DNA of 62,729 nt, filler included, from Ionaspis alba (taxonomy: Eukaryota): the NCBI GenBank assembly GCA_964255285.1. It is 5 parts of 5 records of this genome, joined end to end, with 100 filler letters (N's around TTAATTAATTAA, not from the genome) between each part and the next. Parts side by side here need not be neighbours in the genome. Positions count along the whole stretch, not along the records: positions 25,214 to 37,671 come from CAXUUL010000508.1; positions 37,772 to 50,203 come from CAXUUL010000509.1; 3 more parts are not named here. The stretch is one strand, 5' to 3'. Shown here in pieces: positions 25,214 to 38,239 of this stretch. Each line of letters starts with the position of its first letter. The first letter of the stretch is position 1. The notes under the pieces were generated by a model, which searched no databases, was not told where the DNA came from, and saw only the letters and a program-made list of their open reading frames with translations. The translations under genes were made by a program, and so were the position numbers.

Positions 25214-26462
25214 GGAACGTGGAGCAGTCCCGTCTGAGAGATAGTTGTCGAAGAATGGCTTCAGCGCTGGTGCGCAAGCGCAGATGAGGCCACCATTTAC
25301 CTCGATAGCTGTGGCTAGGAAGAGCGAGTGCGACTCCCCTGTCAGAGAGATTAGAAATAGAATAGCACGATGGTCGGGAGAAAGTGAGGTGTAAAGATAT
25401 GGTAGAGATACGACATACAATAGTTGTCGTAAGTTATAGATAGAACACGGATAACAAAGACGAGACGAACGATTCCTGCTATACAGGCTCTGTAGTAGAC
25501 TATCAGTAAGAGACAGTTTGACACGGACGGCCGTATAATGACTACTGGTCTGATCGTCGTGTAGCAAGGAACTACTCACACCAAGCCAAGACTGAAGATT
25601 GCGTAGAGTAGATACTTCTGCTTGCGTGGCATCTGCAGCCTGGAGACTAACCATGCCGGGAGAGCAACAGATAATATGTCTGTAATGATAGAAACCATGG
25701 CTCCGATAGGCCAGTAGACAGCTTCATTCAGGCAGGTGTACTGGACAGTATAAGGTTCCGGTGAGCCCCTCAGCCAATAAGCCTCGAGTGGAGTACAGGC
25801 CAAGCAGACAACGATCAGAAGAACTATCATCCAGGTGATTGAGAAGACAAGAGTAGACTGGCAAATACGAATGAAGACCGAGTGTTGGGCCCCTTTAGTG
25901 AGACGGCGATAGAAGAGAAGGATGGAAATCTTGATCAAAGATTGGGAAAGGTGGTAGAGGACCTCGCCAATCCATACAAGCTGTCGTAAAGAGTCAGCCT
26001 GGATGCTTACGGAAATATGAGGCGTAGTCTATCTCAACCTTTGCAGAACCAACCCAGAGGTTATGCGGAACATCCCAGGCATGGCGGTCAAACCCGTAAT
26101 CAGAAGCTGGAGAGCAGACAGGATCAGCCGACATCTGCTCCCTAGAGATATGTCGATGGCATACTCAGGATATAGCAAACATTGCTTCCGATCGTGGGAA
26201 GCTAGAAGCTCGTAAGAAAGCTGGGCAACAAATGGGCAGCAGACGTATGCTCTACCAAAGATACGAGAATGATCGAATCGTCCCAGCCCGGTCTCTTGAT
26301 AATGAAACAGCGAGCCCATAACCTCAAACCAAGAAGAATGATCGCAAGCGCCATGAGAATGCCAGTAACAATGGCAACATCATTACCTCGCACAACTGGA
26401 TTGACATAATTCGGCTTGGGCCAGGATGAAATGATTTCTGGAGTGGGGGTTCTCCCAGGCAT
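25214..26462 (-). CDS. PTH11-like integral membrane protein (fungal rhodopsin-like domain, no CFEM), multi-exon; 3' truncated
   Basis: MPGRTPTPEIISSWPKPNYVNP, LRLWARCF..PGWDD, YGFDRHAWDVP, LIKISILLFYRRL, CTPLEAYW, IITDILSVALP..LQMPRKQK and IEVNGGLICACAPALKPF, joined by GT-AG introns. Confidence 0.88.
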
Positions 26463-28293
26463 AATGACAAAAGATAACAGAATCTGGGACTTCTTGATAG
26501 AAGACATCGGCAACATGTGACAAGCAGAGAAGATATAGGAAAGGAGGCAGTCTCCAGCACAGTCAAGACAGTCTTGATTTAGACCCGGCAGAGATTGCCT
26601 ATTTGGCAATGAGCGGGCAATGGCGTGGGAGACCAGGCCGGACTCCTGGTGCTCAATGTCCCATACCTATGAGCCATGTCTGCGGACGGTGCAAGTGCGG
26701 GGAGCGTAGAACTGATATGAGATTCGCATCGTGAAACTGCCGAGGAAGCATGCGAGGAAGTATGATCACTAGGCAGACTCGAGGTCTCGCTACCGCAGCG
26801 GTGGATCTCCTGAGCCTCTTCAACGCTGGTCCAACAGAATGACCCTCACGCCTTTCTCTGCGACCACTGGTCCCATCAGTAGGCTATTTCCCTGCGTCCT
26901 GGACGATCGTTTCGGAAAACGCTTGATTTGAATTAGGACGACAGTACCCCACGCAGGTAGGGATGCCTTGATACCACATAATGAAAGAGCGTGCAGAAAT
27001 GCTCTCTGGCTGTTGGACAATAATAATATCAGAGCGCGACAAGAATCGGAGCTTTGTGAAAGACAACTACAGGCACCTTTTCTGATACATGATCAGAGGG
27101 AGAGCGAATGCTCGAACAAAATGCTCGCTATGGAAGAAACGTGGATATTGAGCATAGAGGTGAAGCTACCGGATGAATTCCCAAAAGAGGCTGGTCGGTC
27201 CGTGTGGCGACTGGGAGGCCGGGAAAGATTGGCAGATCCGTACTCTAGCCTGAGGGTTTAGCCCTACAGCGTTAGATATCCCCGAAGATCGTGGAGGTCG
27301 CCCGGCTGTCAATCGTCACGTCTCAAACCGAAGCGTCAGCGGCCCAGAATTCAGGTACAGGCGCGGCTGTATATTTGGCGGACGTATGTCAATTCTTGAT
27401 GGGCGGAAATGGAAGTCTTCATTTTGCCACTTATCGAGGTTCTCGAGACGGAGCATACTCGATCGGAGGAAAGACATTGTACCGAGATGCAATGCTCCCG
27501 CTTAGCGGATACGAAGGAATCGTAGCGAGCGTGATGTATACAAGTGGTAACGGTACGGCCGAGTGTCGATTGCGCCACAAGAACCGGATTCATAACCTAC
27601 TATTACTGGTGCAGAGTCAGTGCATACATGGCTGCAACTTCTGGCACGAGGTTTGACTGGGAATCTAATTCGTGTGACAAATAATAGCTCGACCCTATCG
27701 TCTGCCGCTGTCGTCCATATATCAGAATCTGTGTGTTGTGTTGAGAAGAGTTGGGCAATGATAACTCGACAGCCAGTCTGCTCACCAGACAGTCAAAGCA
27801 CAGGGTGAGGAAGAGGTGATGCAACAGAGAGTCGTGACCGCCAAAAGAGTATTATGCTCTGAATCAACGGTGGATGAATGCAAATAAGTATCCCAATATT
27901 GATATACTCATGGTTGAAGTGACTGGGGCTATTCCCCCAAACGGAGTCACTAGTTATTTATGGAACAAAGGATGTTACGCATACATACGACTACAAACCA
28001 AATCACTACTCATAGAAGAGCTCACCAGCACATGGCGGAGGTGTAAACGACTAGTCGACATAGCGGTTAACCAACTTGTTCCAACAGATCAAAATGAACA
28101 GCAAGTGAGCACAGTAACTCGTCTTTGTCCCAAAACAATAATCAGAGGTGACATTATCCAATTGCAACTATGATACATATAATCCACATCCTACATTAAA
28201 TCCTCCCAAAGAAACAAAGAAACCAACGATCCAAATTTTTGCGCAAACCATACCCATTACATGCATGAACACTATCGCACATTATCACACCCT

Positions 28294-31200
28294 TCATTTC
28301 TTCTTCTTCCCTCCTCCAAGTCCCAAGGACTCCGTAATAGAGCCAAGTCCCAAGCCTCCCAGCAACTTGTCAATACCCAAACCACCCAGTAACCCATTGA
28401 CAAGGCCACCAAGTCCCAAGCCGTTGAGCAAACGACCTACTAGACCCAGCACACCGGCCAGAAGTAGACCAACAGCAGCGACAATCTGGAATAGCGGCTC
28501 CGTGAGGAGACCCCAGAGAGGGTTGAGGCCCTTCTTGGCGTGAGGCATGTCAGCGATACGCTTCTTGGCGTTGTCGATGGTCTTGACGACGTTGGTAGTG
28601 AGTTCCTTGAGGAGGTCTGCAAGTTCGTATTCCTCAGGCGTAGCTTCCCGAGAGGCGGCGTTGGCCTTTGCGCGAGCTGCGATGCTTCCGTCGGGGTCGA
28701 GACCTCGAATAGCGCCGTTGCATTCTTGTAGGATACGACCACCTTCTTCGAGCAGAGGCTTGACTTGTTGAACAAGTTCTTCTTCGTCGAGCTCCTCTTT
28801 GGGTGTTCGGTCGGCCTTCTCGATGTGCTGGAGAAATGTTAGTACATGTCATAGATAACAAGTATTTGAATGAGAGCTAAACATACCTCAGTAATCTGCT
28901 TCAGAATGGGATCAATCTTGTCTAATGTCTGGCGGAGGATTCCAGAAATCTTCTTGGCTGTCTCAGCATCTTCTTCCTTCTTCTTCATCTCGGCAAGCTC
29001 TTCCTCGGTGGGACCTTCCTCCTCTTCCTCGACGATGTTCTCCAGCAGAGTACATTCGCCGATCTTGTTGCCGTCGTTATCGATCACGTAACCGTTATCA
29101 TCAATCTCCTTCCCAATCAAGGTGGCGAGGTTTCCGGATGTAAGTCTGCCGATGAGATTTCCATCTTCATCACGAACTTCACCCTCCTTGTTGACCTTAC
29201 GGCCAGCCATGGGGTTGACCTCCCTCTTCTTCTCCTCGGGCTTCCAGCGTTCAGCTTTGCCAATCTTGTTACCAGCCTTGTCGAGCACGTCACCGTCTTC
29301 ATCTACCTTGCGACCAAGCAGCTTCTCTGGGTCGCCTTCGATGAGACGACCAACAATTTGGCCGTTAGCGTCTTGGACGACTCCGTCTTTGGCGACCACA
29401 AGACCTTCCCAGCCAGCGAATGGACCTTCAGGTGCGATGGTCTCGCCCCCAGGGATGAGTTCGGCTTGACCTATGACTTGACCGTTGTCACTCCAGATCT
29501 GTCCCTTACCGTCAACCTTTCTGCCAGCCATCTTGATTGGATCTCCAGACACAATGCGACCGAAGATCGTGCCATGTTCATCGACGACGTTGCCAGCCTT
29601 GTTGACGACCTTGCCTTCTAAGGAGGAGAGATCAATTTCTGGAGCTTCTTCCTCCTCCCACGGAATGGCATGACCTTTGACATTCCCGTACTTATCGATG
29701 ATGTCTCCGTCNNNNNNNNNNNNNNNNNNNNNNNNNNNNNNNNNNNNNNNNNNNNNNNNNNNNNNNNNNNNNNNNNNNNNNNNNNNNNNNNNNNNNNNNN
29801 NNNNNNNNNNNGCACGGCCAACAAGTTTCTTAGGATCACCTTCAGTAATGATTCCGACCTTGTTTTCGTTTTCATCTTCAACCCATCCGTCTTTAACCAC
29901 AATCAGACCCTCGAGGCCAGCGAAAGGAGCCTCTTCCTCGTCGTCTTCCTGCGGTAGCGTTTCGGCTCGGCCAATGACTTTGCCTTTGCCATCCCAGAAT
30001 TGTCCTTGGTCGTCACACTCGGCGCCAAGCTTCGAGAGTCTCTTGGCGTCACCTTCAACAAGTTTTCCGACAGGTTTGCCATCGGCAGTGACGATGAAGC
30101 CAGTCTTGTTGCACTTGAGGCCTTCGAGAATCGACAGTGGTGGAAGTTCAGGCCCAGTCTCTTCCTCGGGCTGCTCTTCGACTTCCTGGGTTATCATCTC
30201 AACCTTTCCGATAACGTTACCGTCCTTGTCCAAGACCTCGCCTTTCGAATTTATTTTTTTGCCGGCGCAATCGGCGAGTTCACCTTCGGACAGTCTGGCA
30301 ATAGGATCACCATCTTCGTTGACTACCTCACCCTTCTTGTTGACCTTGAGACCATCAAGAATGGACAGATCGGCTGTCTCCTCGCCTGGTACTTCTTCGC
30401 CTGCAGCAGCTGCTGCTTCTTCCGCTGCTTTACCGATAAGTTCGAGCTTGCCGATAACGTTTCCATCCTTATCGAGAACTTCGCCTTTGGCATTGACCTT
30501 CTTGCCTGCACAGTCAGCGATCTCGCCTTCGGAGAGCTGGGCAATTGGCTCGCCCTCTTCGTCAAGCACTTGGCCCTTCTTGTTGACCTTTAAGCCCTCG
30601 AGAATGGATAGGTCAGGCGCGGCTGCTTCGGCTGCACCCGCTGCCTCTTCCGCTGCAGCTTTAGCGTCGGCGGCGGCTGCTTCGGCCTTTTCAACAAGCT
30701 CAGGATGAAGCTCTTTCATAGCCTCGTCGGCAGCTTCACCAGAGACAATCTCGACCTTGCCAACGACATTTCCCTCTGAGTCGAGGATCTCGCCGTTCTC
30801 ATTGGGAGTCTTCCCAACGCACTTCGCTAGGTCAGAATCCTCAGTCAGTTTGCCAATGATCTCGCCCTCATCATCGAGAATGTTGCCCTTCTTGTTGACC
30901 TTCTTTCCATCGAGGATTGACAAGTCAGGCTTGAGGATATTGGCAATTTCTTCTTGTTGCTGTTGAAGTTCAGCGGCTTTGTCTGCAGCCTCACCCGGAA
31001 CGACTTCAGCGCGGCCCACGACTTCACCGGCCTCGTTGACGATTTCTCCCTGTTCATTGATTTTCTGACCAACAAGATCCTCAGCATCGCCTTCAACAAC
31101 CTTACCAATGGCAGTGCCGTCGGCGCCCAAGATCTCGCCACCTTCACCAACTTCGAGTCCTTCTAGAACACCGACATCTGGAAGGGCATCCTGAACTTCT

Positions 31201-32708
31201 TGTGCCTTTTGCTCGGCTTCAGCTGCTTCAGCGGCCGCCTTTTCGGCGAGCTCCCTGGCTTTCTCGGGAATGACACTGACACGTCCGATCACATCGCCAT
31301 CTTCGTCGAGAATTTCTCCATCGTCCCCAATTGCTTGGCCAATAAGATCTTCTGGGTCGCCTTCGTCGAGTTGTCCTAGCGGTTCACCTTCCGAGTCTAA
31401 GATTTGTCCACCCTCACCGACTGTCAAGCCCTTGAGGATGTTGATATCGACTGGGAACTGATCCAAGACGTCAACCTCCTCGGCAGCATCTTCTGCTCCT
31501 TCGACGGCCTCGCCAGCCTCGTCAGCAGCACCTTCGGCAGCTTCACCAGCTTCATCTGCGACACCTTCAGCAGCTTCACCGGTTTCATCGACAGCACCCT
31601 CAGCAGTATCTTTGGCACCATCAACGGCATCTTCGGCATCTTCGGGCACAGCGCCTTCTGCATCTTCGACAGCTTCTCCAGCCTCGTCAGGCGCGGCATC
31701 CTCTGCGGTGTCCTTGGCGCCTTCGACAGCTTCTCCAGCCTCGTCTGGCGCAGCGTCCTCTGCGGTATCCTTGGCGCCTTCGGCAGCTTCTCCAGCCTCT
31801 TCGGTTGCATCACCTGCTGTAGCTTGCGCATCATCCGCAGCGCCCTTCGCGGCTCCAGTGGCATCACCCTTGGTGGCTTTGTCGACACCTTTCTTCGCTC
31901 CACCAGCAGCTTTGCCAGCTAGGCCGGTGGCACCACTGGCGGCTCCACCAGCAGTTTCTTCGGCATCTTCCGTGTCTGGCGCATCCGGAGTGTCGATGTC
32001 GCCGGCCGTGTCACCTGCTGTGTCCTCAGCGGATTCCTTTGCGCCGCCGACGGTATCTTCGTCGTCATCAACAGGCTCGGGCGCAGCTTCGTCGAGACCA
32101 CTCTCATCCTCAGCACCAGTCTCGTTGCCTTCTTGGCTAACCTTTCCTTGAGGAACATCGGTATCTTCGTCATCAGCCTCACCGGGGTCGTTGTCTTGCA
32201 GACCAATACCACTACCGGCTTCGTCTTTCGTGTCTTCGGCCTTTTCCTTCACATCTTCGGCCTCTTTGGGTGCTTCTGGAGCAGCAGATTTTGCTTTCGA
32301 TGCCGCATCATCCCCAGCCTTTGGTCGTGGGGGGAGTTTCGGTGATCCGGTAGCTTTGGAAGGAGTTGCGCTCTTTGCCTTGTCGGTTGCGCCTTTGGCG
32401 GTCGACTTGGGTGTGCTGGTCGCTGATTTGGTCGTGTCTTTCGCCTGATTGCCGGAGCCGCTCGCCTGATTGAGTTTGGAGGTCGAACTCGAGGCAGGAC
32501 TCTTACCGGCTTTGGTGGGAGTGGAGGGTAGTTTGGGAGGCTGCTTGCCAGCCGCAGGTGACGGTGCCATGCTTTTGGAACTTTTGGAAGTCTTGGCGGT
32601 CTGTGGGGTAGCGGTGGATTTCTCGCTCGCGGTCGGGGAGGTTCGGTTAGGAGTGGGAGGGAATGAGTAGTACGCGTAAGAAGCAGAGGAACGTGGATCG
32701 CTTGTCAT
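28294..32708 (-). CDS. Large acidic LEA-like / DUF3659-type repeat protein with Gly-Leu-rich C-terminus
   Basis: Many GxxVNKxGEVxDxxGxxIG repeats, an Ala/Glu-rich region with EAxEGAKDTAEDAAPDEAG repeats, and C-terminal LNPLWGLLTEPLFQI..GLGLGG. Intron 28886-28828; assembly gap 29712-29811 lies inside. Start may be 32570. Confidence 0.85.
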
Positions 32709-35215
32709 ATACAGTATAGAGTATGGGGGTTACAACCAAGCAATTGGAGCGATGCTTTGGTGTAATGGTAGTAATTGTATAGGAGAGGAGAAATTGAGGA
32801 GAGAAATGGTTTCTGGGACACGCTGCCTACATAAGTGGCCGGGGAAGAAAGAAGGGGCTAGGAGGGAGCACTACTACGTCACCGCAGGAAGGACACTCGC
32901 AGAGAGCTTTCCCTCGAGTGGAGATGGGCAGAAAGACAGGAGGATACAGGGTGACGGGGTTACTGGGGGAACTTGGGGAGAGGGAGAATGGAATTAGCCG
33001 GTGTGCCTCATTGTGGCTGCAAAGCAGGTTTCCCGCAGTACCGCACTCTTGCAGCAAAGAGCTGCAAAAGACGCGCCTGGCCAGCGAGAGGGGGCTATTG
33101 CGTCAATGAAACGAAATCAAAGTGCGCTTGAACTGCTTGCCAGCCAATGAACGATCGGAGTGAGAAGTGGCTGGAGGGTCAATTCGCCACCAATTTCGAT
33201 GAGAAGTGTGACGTCAAGCTCCGATGAGCAGTACTAAGTCTTGATCCGGACTGCAGAGGATGGAGAGGCCGTAGACCAGATACGTAAGAGGGCCAGGATT
33301 ACCCTCGGTGGGATGCCTGTCGGTAAGCAGGGTCGTGAAACAACCCGGCCAAGGCTGTCCTATCACAAATGACACAGAGGCCTTCCAAGGTCAAAGGCGA
33401 CAAACGTGTGGGTGGGCTGGAAATCGACCGATAGGCAGCGAGGGAAGACAGCTCTTTGCGGAGGATGGCCCTTTAACCGTCTCAAGGTCCGACATATCAC
33501 AATGGAAACATAACACCAGATCTTCCGTGCTTGTTTTCTCATTCAGTACCCCTTTCCCTGTGCAAATTTTGGAGGCTCTACCACTTGCAAAGCTTCCTGT
33601 GAGTGGTGGTGCCGTACAAGCAGTACAGTACCTTCGACCGCGTTCTATGCCAGTTATTCCAGAGGACGAACTCGATTGTCATAACTGTGGCGTCTCTTTC
33701 GCGTGCGAATCCCTACTTGTTGTGGCTTCGAAAACAAGAAATTATCCCTGCCAATTGCGAGCTCCAATTTACCANNNNNNNNNNNNNNNNNNNNNNNNNN
33801 NNNNNNNNNNNNNNNNNNNNNNNNNNNNNNNNNNNNNNNNNNNNNNNNNNNNNNNNNNNNNNNNNNNNNNNNNNATGAAGCGCAACTTTACACGAGGCGC
33901 AAAGTCGTGGAGAATGATTCAGACCCAATGATTGCAAAGTCTGCATGCAAAAGCCAAAATCGACACTGTCGCTGGGATGGTATTAATGTTCAACGTTGAT
34001 CTTGGTACCTGCCGGAGCGAAATGCAGCACATGTGTCAGTGAGAAGGCTGGTCATGAACTGTTCTAGCCACTATACCATCACAACTTCCAATCCTATTAT
34101 CATTTCTCCCAAGCTTCAGCTCATATTTCTATACTTTCTGGAATACTTTCAATCTCGTCTTTCTAATCCTCCATTCATTGACTGCGTATTTACACCGTAT
34201 GATATGGTCAGGTCTATGACAAGTGAACTCGACTCGTAAAAGCGGGAGACAGTTATGACGTCATCTCACAACCCTTGGCGGGCCCGAGCGCTTTGGATTA
34301 CCGTGGGAGAACAAAATTGTCAGTGGACGACATTCTCAACGGCATATCACTTCTCTTACTTGTCACGGCCAACGGTCTTCACATTTCCACAGATAGACCC
34401 CCGCCAGTGGCCCAATTTCTCTACATCTCCTTCCTGAGTTGGTGAGAATAATGAAATTTGAAATGGAACCTTCGAGCCACATCACAAGGTAGCATATGTC
34501 AATTCCCCCGCCTTGTTTCCCAATACCGTATCCGATAATCTTTACCTGGTCATTGGACTCTAAGACTTGTAAGACGGAGCCTCAAAGTACTCCATGCAGC
34601 AGACAATGTGGCACATTTCGCCAATTCGAGCAAAAGTTCCTGAGATCGTGTACCAACGGCCTCCTTCACGTTGGATGTAACGGCCTAGCAGCAATGAAAA
34701 ACTGATGTGAGAAGGCACGGTTGAGATCTGCGACTTGGAACTATGTGATGATTGAAGCTATGTAGTAGTCATGTAGAGCATTCCTCTGCAACCGAGCACC
34801 TGGAGTATCACTCCCGCGTAGAGGGGAGAACAGAGCTATAGCACATCAGTGTTTACTTTGAGGATGGCCAACATTCACCAGGCAGAAAGTAAAGCTCAGA
34901 CTACCATGGCAAGAGCAATGTGCAAAATATCCATGTAATGGTATGACTGCGGGTATCGAGGTCTAAAGAGTGGTGCTTTTGAATCTTTCCCTGAGTTATT
35001 ATCATTGGTTGTCTTACCCGCATTTATCCGCAAGTGGTAGGGCAAGAAATAAACCTTGGCACAGGTAGCTGAAAAGTCCATTGTTCAGTCATTATACCCA
35101 CAAGTTGCGATGACCAGACCCGACGTGTTTCCTATACGATACTCAACGGACATCTACATGCAGTTAGATTCTGCCCTCCAGGCATTGTTCCCATACCCGT
35201 AGTCCTTGACCAGGG

Positions 35216-37366
35216 ATGCAGCTCCGTCACCCTTCCAAGCAACCATCCGTGTCCGAGGCCCCCACCACTCAAAGGACCCCGCAGTCTCCGCCAAGAGGCT
35301 CCGCCTCCGCGAACCACCCAGACCAGTACTTCAATAACCTAGAGATTCCAACCCTGGCGAAAATTCTTGATATAGCCCAGTTACAAGAGGCGAAGGAAAG
35401 GGAGGTGCAGAGCAAAAATGCAGGAACAGGAGAGCAGGAAAAGCAGGAAATTCTGGAGAGGGAGCGGAAGGCTGCAAGGACGATCCAGGTACGATCATCT
35501 TGCACGTAACGATATATACAAATTGTCCATTATGGCAGCATGAGTATGTCGCTAACTCTGTATTTGACAATAGCGTACTTACAGAGGTCATCGTGAGCGA
35601 AGACAGTTGCAAGGACTGACGCTAGATCCGTCGAAGCGTTGGACAGAGGTCAGTTGTACCACCATTCCCCGATACCTGTCTATCGCAACACGATTTCGAA
35701 AATGTGGAACCTAATATTGCGTTGATATCAGGCAGTTACAGAAGCTCGGTATCGCAATCTCACCGCACCTCGTCCTCGCGTATCTCCTCTTCAGCCAGAT
35801 AAAGATCCTTCCTCGTCGCTCACATCATCTCCGGATGGCAACCTCCGAGAAGCTCGTCAGAATTGGCGGCGCGTTGGTGGCATCGCACATCGTGCCCACT
35901 ATGTAGACTCTCCCAATTCATCTTCCTCATCCCTATCTTCGACCAATCCGTCCCAGACCGCCGAGGAGCAGAAAGAACACCGCAAACGCAAAGCACAAAA
36001 AGACAAATGGGGCGGCAAAGCTATGTCACTCCCATATTTCCTCGAGCTCGTCGATCATAAACATCGCTACGGCAGTAACCTGCGCACCTACCACGCCGAA
36101 TGGCGTGCCTTGGACACGAAGGAAAATTTCTTCTATTGGCTCGATTATGGCGACGGCTTGACTGTATCTCTACCCGGATGCTCGAGAGAGCGGCTTGACA
36201 GGGAGCAAGTGCGATATCTAAGTAGAGAGGAGCGGCTTCACTACTTAGTCAAGGTGGATGGAGAGGGGAGACTCTGCTGGGCCAAGAATGGAGAACGCAT
36301 TGACACGACAGATGAATGGCGAGACTCAATTCACGGAATAGTCCGGCGGGACGATCCCACACCCATGTTCCGGGAGGCAGAAATTGCAAAATTGGGCAAG
36401 ACCGTATCTGAACAGCGCGGCATAACTCCATCGACGAATAAGTCCGACCACCATACTTCCGATGAAGAAGAGGATCACGAAGCATCCTCAAGATCCTCCT
36501 CGTCCTCCGAAGCCGATAAGCGGTATCCGGAACCTCCTGCGCTCCGTAATGCCAGTGGACCGGCGAAGCTTCGTCACATCAACCCCAATACCATCATGAA
36601 TCATCTACTCCGCAAGTCAGTGGGTAAGAAGAAGAACGTATGGATTTTCGTCTTTGATGCCTCCGACAACCTCTACATTGGCCTTAAACAATCGGGACAA
36701 TTCCAGCACTCTTCCTTTTTGCACGGTTCCCGGATCTCTTCTGCTGGCCAGATTCGCTTGAAATGTGGGCAACTGCGGTCCCTATCCCCACTGTCTGGCC
36801 ACTACCGCCCTCCAGCGCAGGCGTTTCGGCACTTTATTGCGTCTCTGAAAGAGCAGGGAGTGGACATGTCACGAGTTAGCATCAGTCGAAGCTATGCGGT
36901 TCTTGTAGGGCTGGAAGGGTATATCGGGGCGAAAGAGAAGGTAGGCAAGGCAGGTGAAAAGGTCAAAGAAGGATTCGAGATGGTTGTAGCGCCGGAGAAA
37001 CTGAAGGAGAAAAGACGGAAAGAAGAAGATAAGAGTCAAAGTGCGAGATTGGAGAGGGAATGGAGAGAGCGGGAAAGGAGAGGAAAGGAAGGAGGCGTTG
37101 GTAGACTGTTGAGGGATTTGACAGGGGTGGGCTTGGCGGATGAAAAAGGGAACAGCAAGGCTGTAGTACACAAGGCAGAAGGAACGCAAGCTGCACGACA
37201 TACTTCGCTCTTCGTGGATGGAAAGGAAGAGAAAGTGGTGGCAGGCGGGCAGCACAATCGAGAAGGTAGGAGTCTGTACCACCGACTCGGGGCACTAAGC
37301 CTTATGGTAGAAAAATCGAATTATGCTTTCAAAAATTTTCACAATTCCCATGTTTTTTATATGTAA
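35216..37366 (+). CDS. IQ calmodulin-binding motif protein (IQM-like)
   Basis: Spliced IQ motif AARTIQRTYRGHRERRQL (introns 35489-35573 and 35649-35731), plus YFLELVDHKHRYGSNL, FFYWLDYG, FQHSSFLHG and LSPLSGHYRP. The last ~32 codons come from a MITE. Confidence 0.85.
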
Positions 37367-37399
37367 GGCTTAGTGCCCCGAGTCGGTAGTACAGACTCC
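37269..37399. mobile_element. 131-bp MITE, TA target-site duplication (Tc1/mariner-type)
   Basis: TIR GGAGTCTGTAC(C/T)ACCGACTCGGGGCACTAAGCCTTA, 36 bp with 1 mismatch, at both ends. AT-rich core. TA at 37267-68 and 37400-01. Confidence 0.9.
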
Positions 37400-37671
37400 T
37401 AGGGCTTATATGCCAAGCGAAAGTGGCTTCGGATGCGTGTGCCCCTTTGCGAGCTTGCCTAGCGGGATATGTACTGCTGCATTTCACGCCTCAAAGGCTA
37501 CAATTCGGACTCCAATCAATAGAGTAACGAAGTCGTTAGTTCCTATAGGATCAGATTATAAACGGCCGTTTCCCTCCCTCACAGCATCTCCCTGCCTTCA
37601 AAGCGATAAATCTTTGCCTTGATCCTCCCTCCACATGGTTCTCTCCTCGCCAGCCCTACCGGGCCCTCCAT

Positions 37672-37771
37672 NNNNNNNNNNNNNNNNNNNNNNNNNNNNN
37701 NNNNNNNNNNNNNNNTTAATTAATTAANNNNNNNNNNNNNNNNNNNNNNNNNNNNNNNNNNNNNNNNNNNN
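37672..37771. other. Artificial scaffold linker
   Basis: N44-TTAATTAATTAA-N44. Confidence 0.97.
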
Positions 37772-38239
37772 GGGCGGGGGCGTCTTCCGGGATGGGATTT
37801 AGCCCGGAAGGGCGACGACGTGGTAGACGTGGCATTTTTAAATGCCAAATGGCAAGGAGCGGAGGAGAAGACGAAGGTGACGTAAAGAGATTAGGGGGCG
37901 GTTTCCCGTATGAATTGAAGAAGCGCAAAAGCCACCGATGCGGACGAAGTCAAGAAACCAGGGGAGGCCAGCCAATATGCTTTGATGAAGAGCAATTGCC
38001 TTCAAGGACTTGACGTAAAGAGAAGACGCAGCGACCTCCAGTAGACCTTGACGAGGATGAAGAAAAGCGATCACGATGTCAAATCCAATTGAATCGAGAA
38101 CGTTGAGTTTGTGCGCAATAGCCCTATCGTAAACACCGTGAACGCGACCCGCGTTTTCCCACTCTCACCTGACACTCCTCAACACCCCAAATGCACGCTT
38201 ACAAACAATGAGCCTCCATATCCTTTTCGTCCCCTCTTA

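Noticed and set aside
29677..32151. Long + strand ORFs opposite the repeat protein
   Set aside because: Antisense shadows of a repetitive, codon-biased gene; the same applies to shadows on CEG1, HSP104 and the P450.
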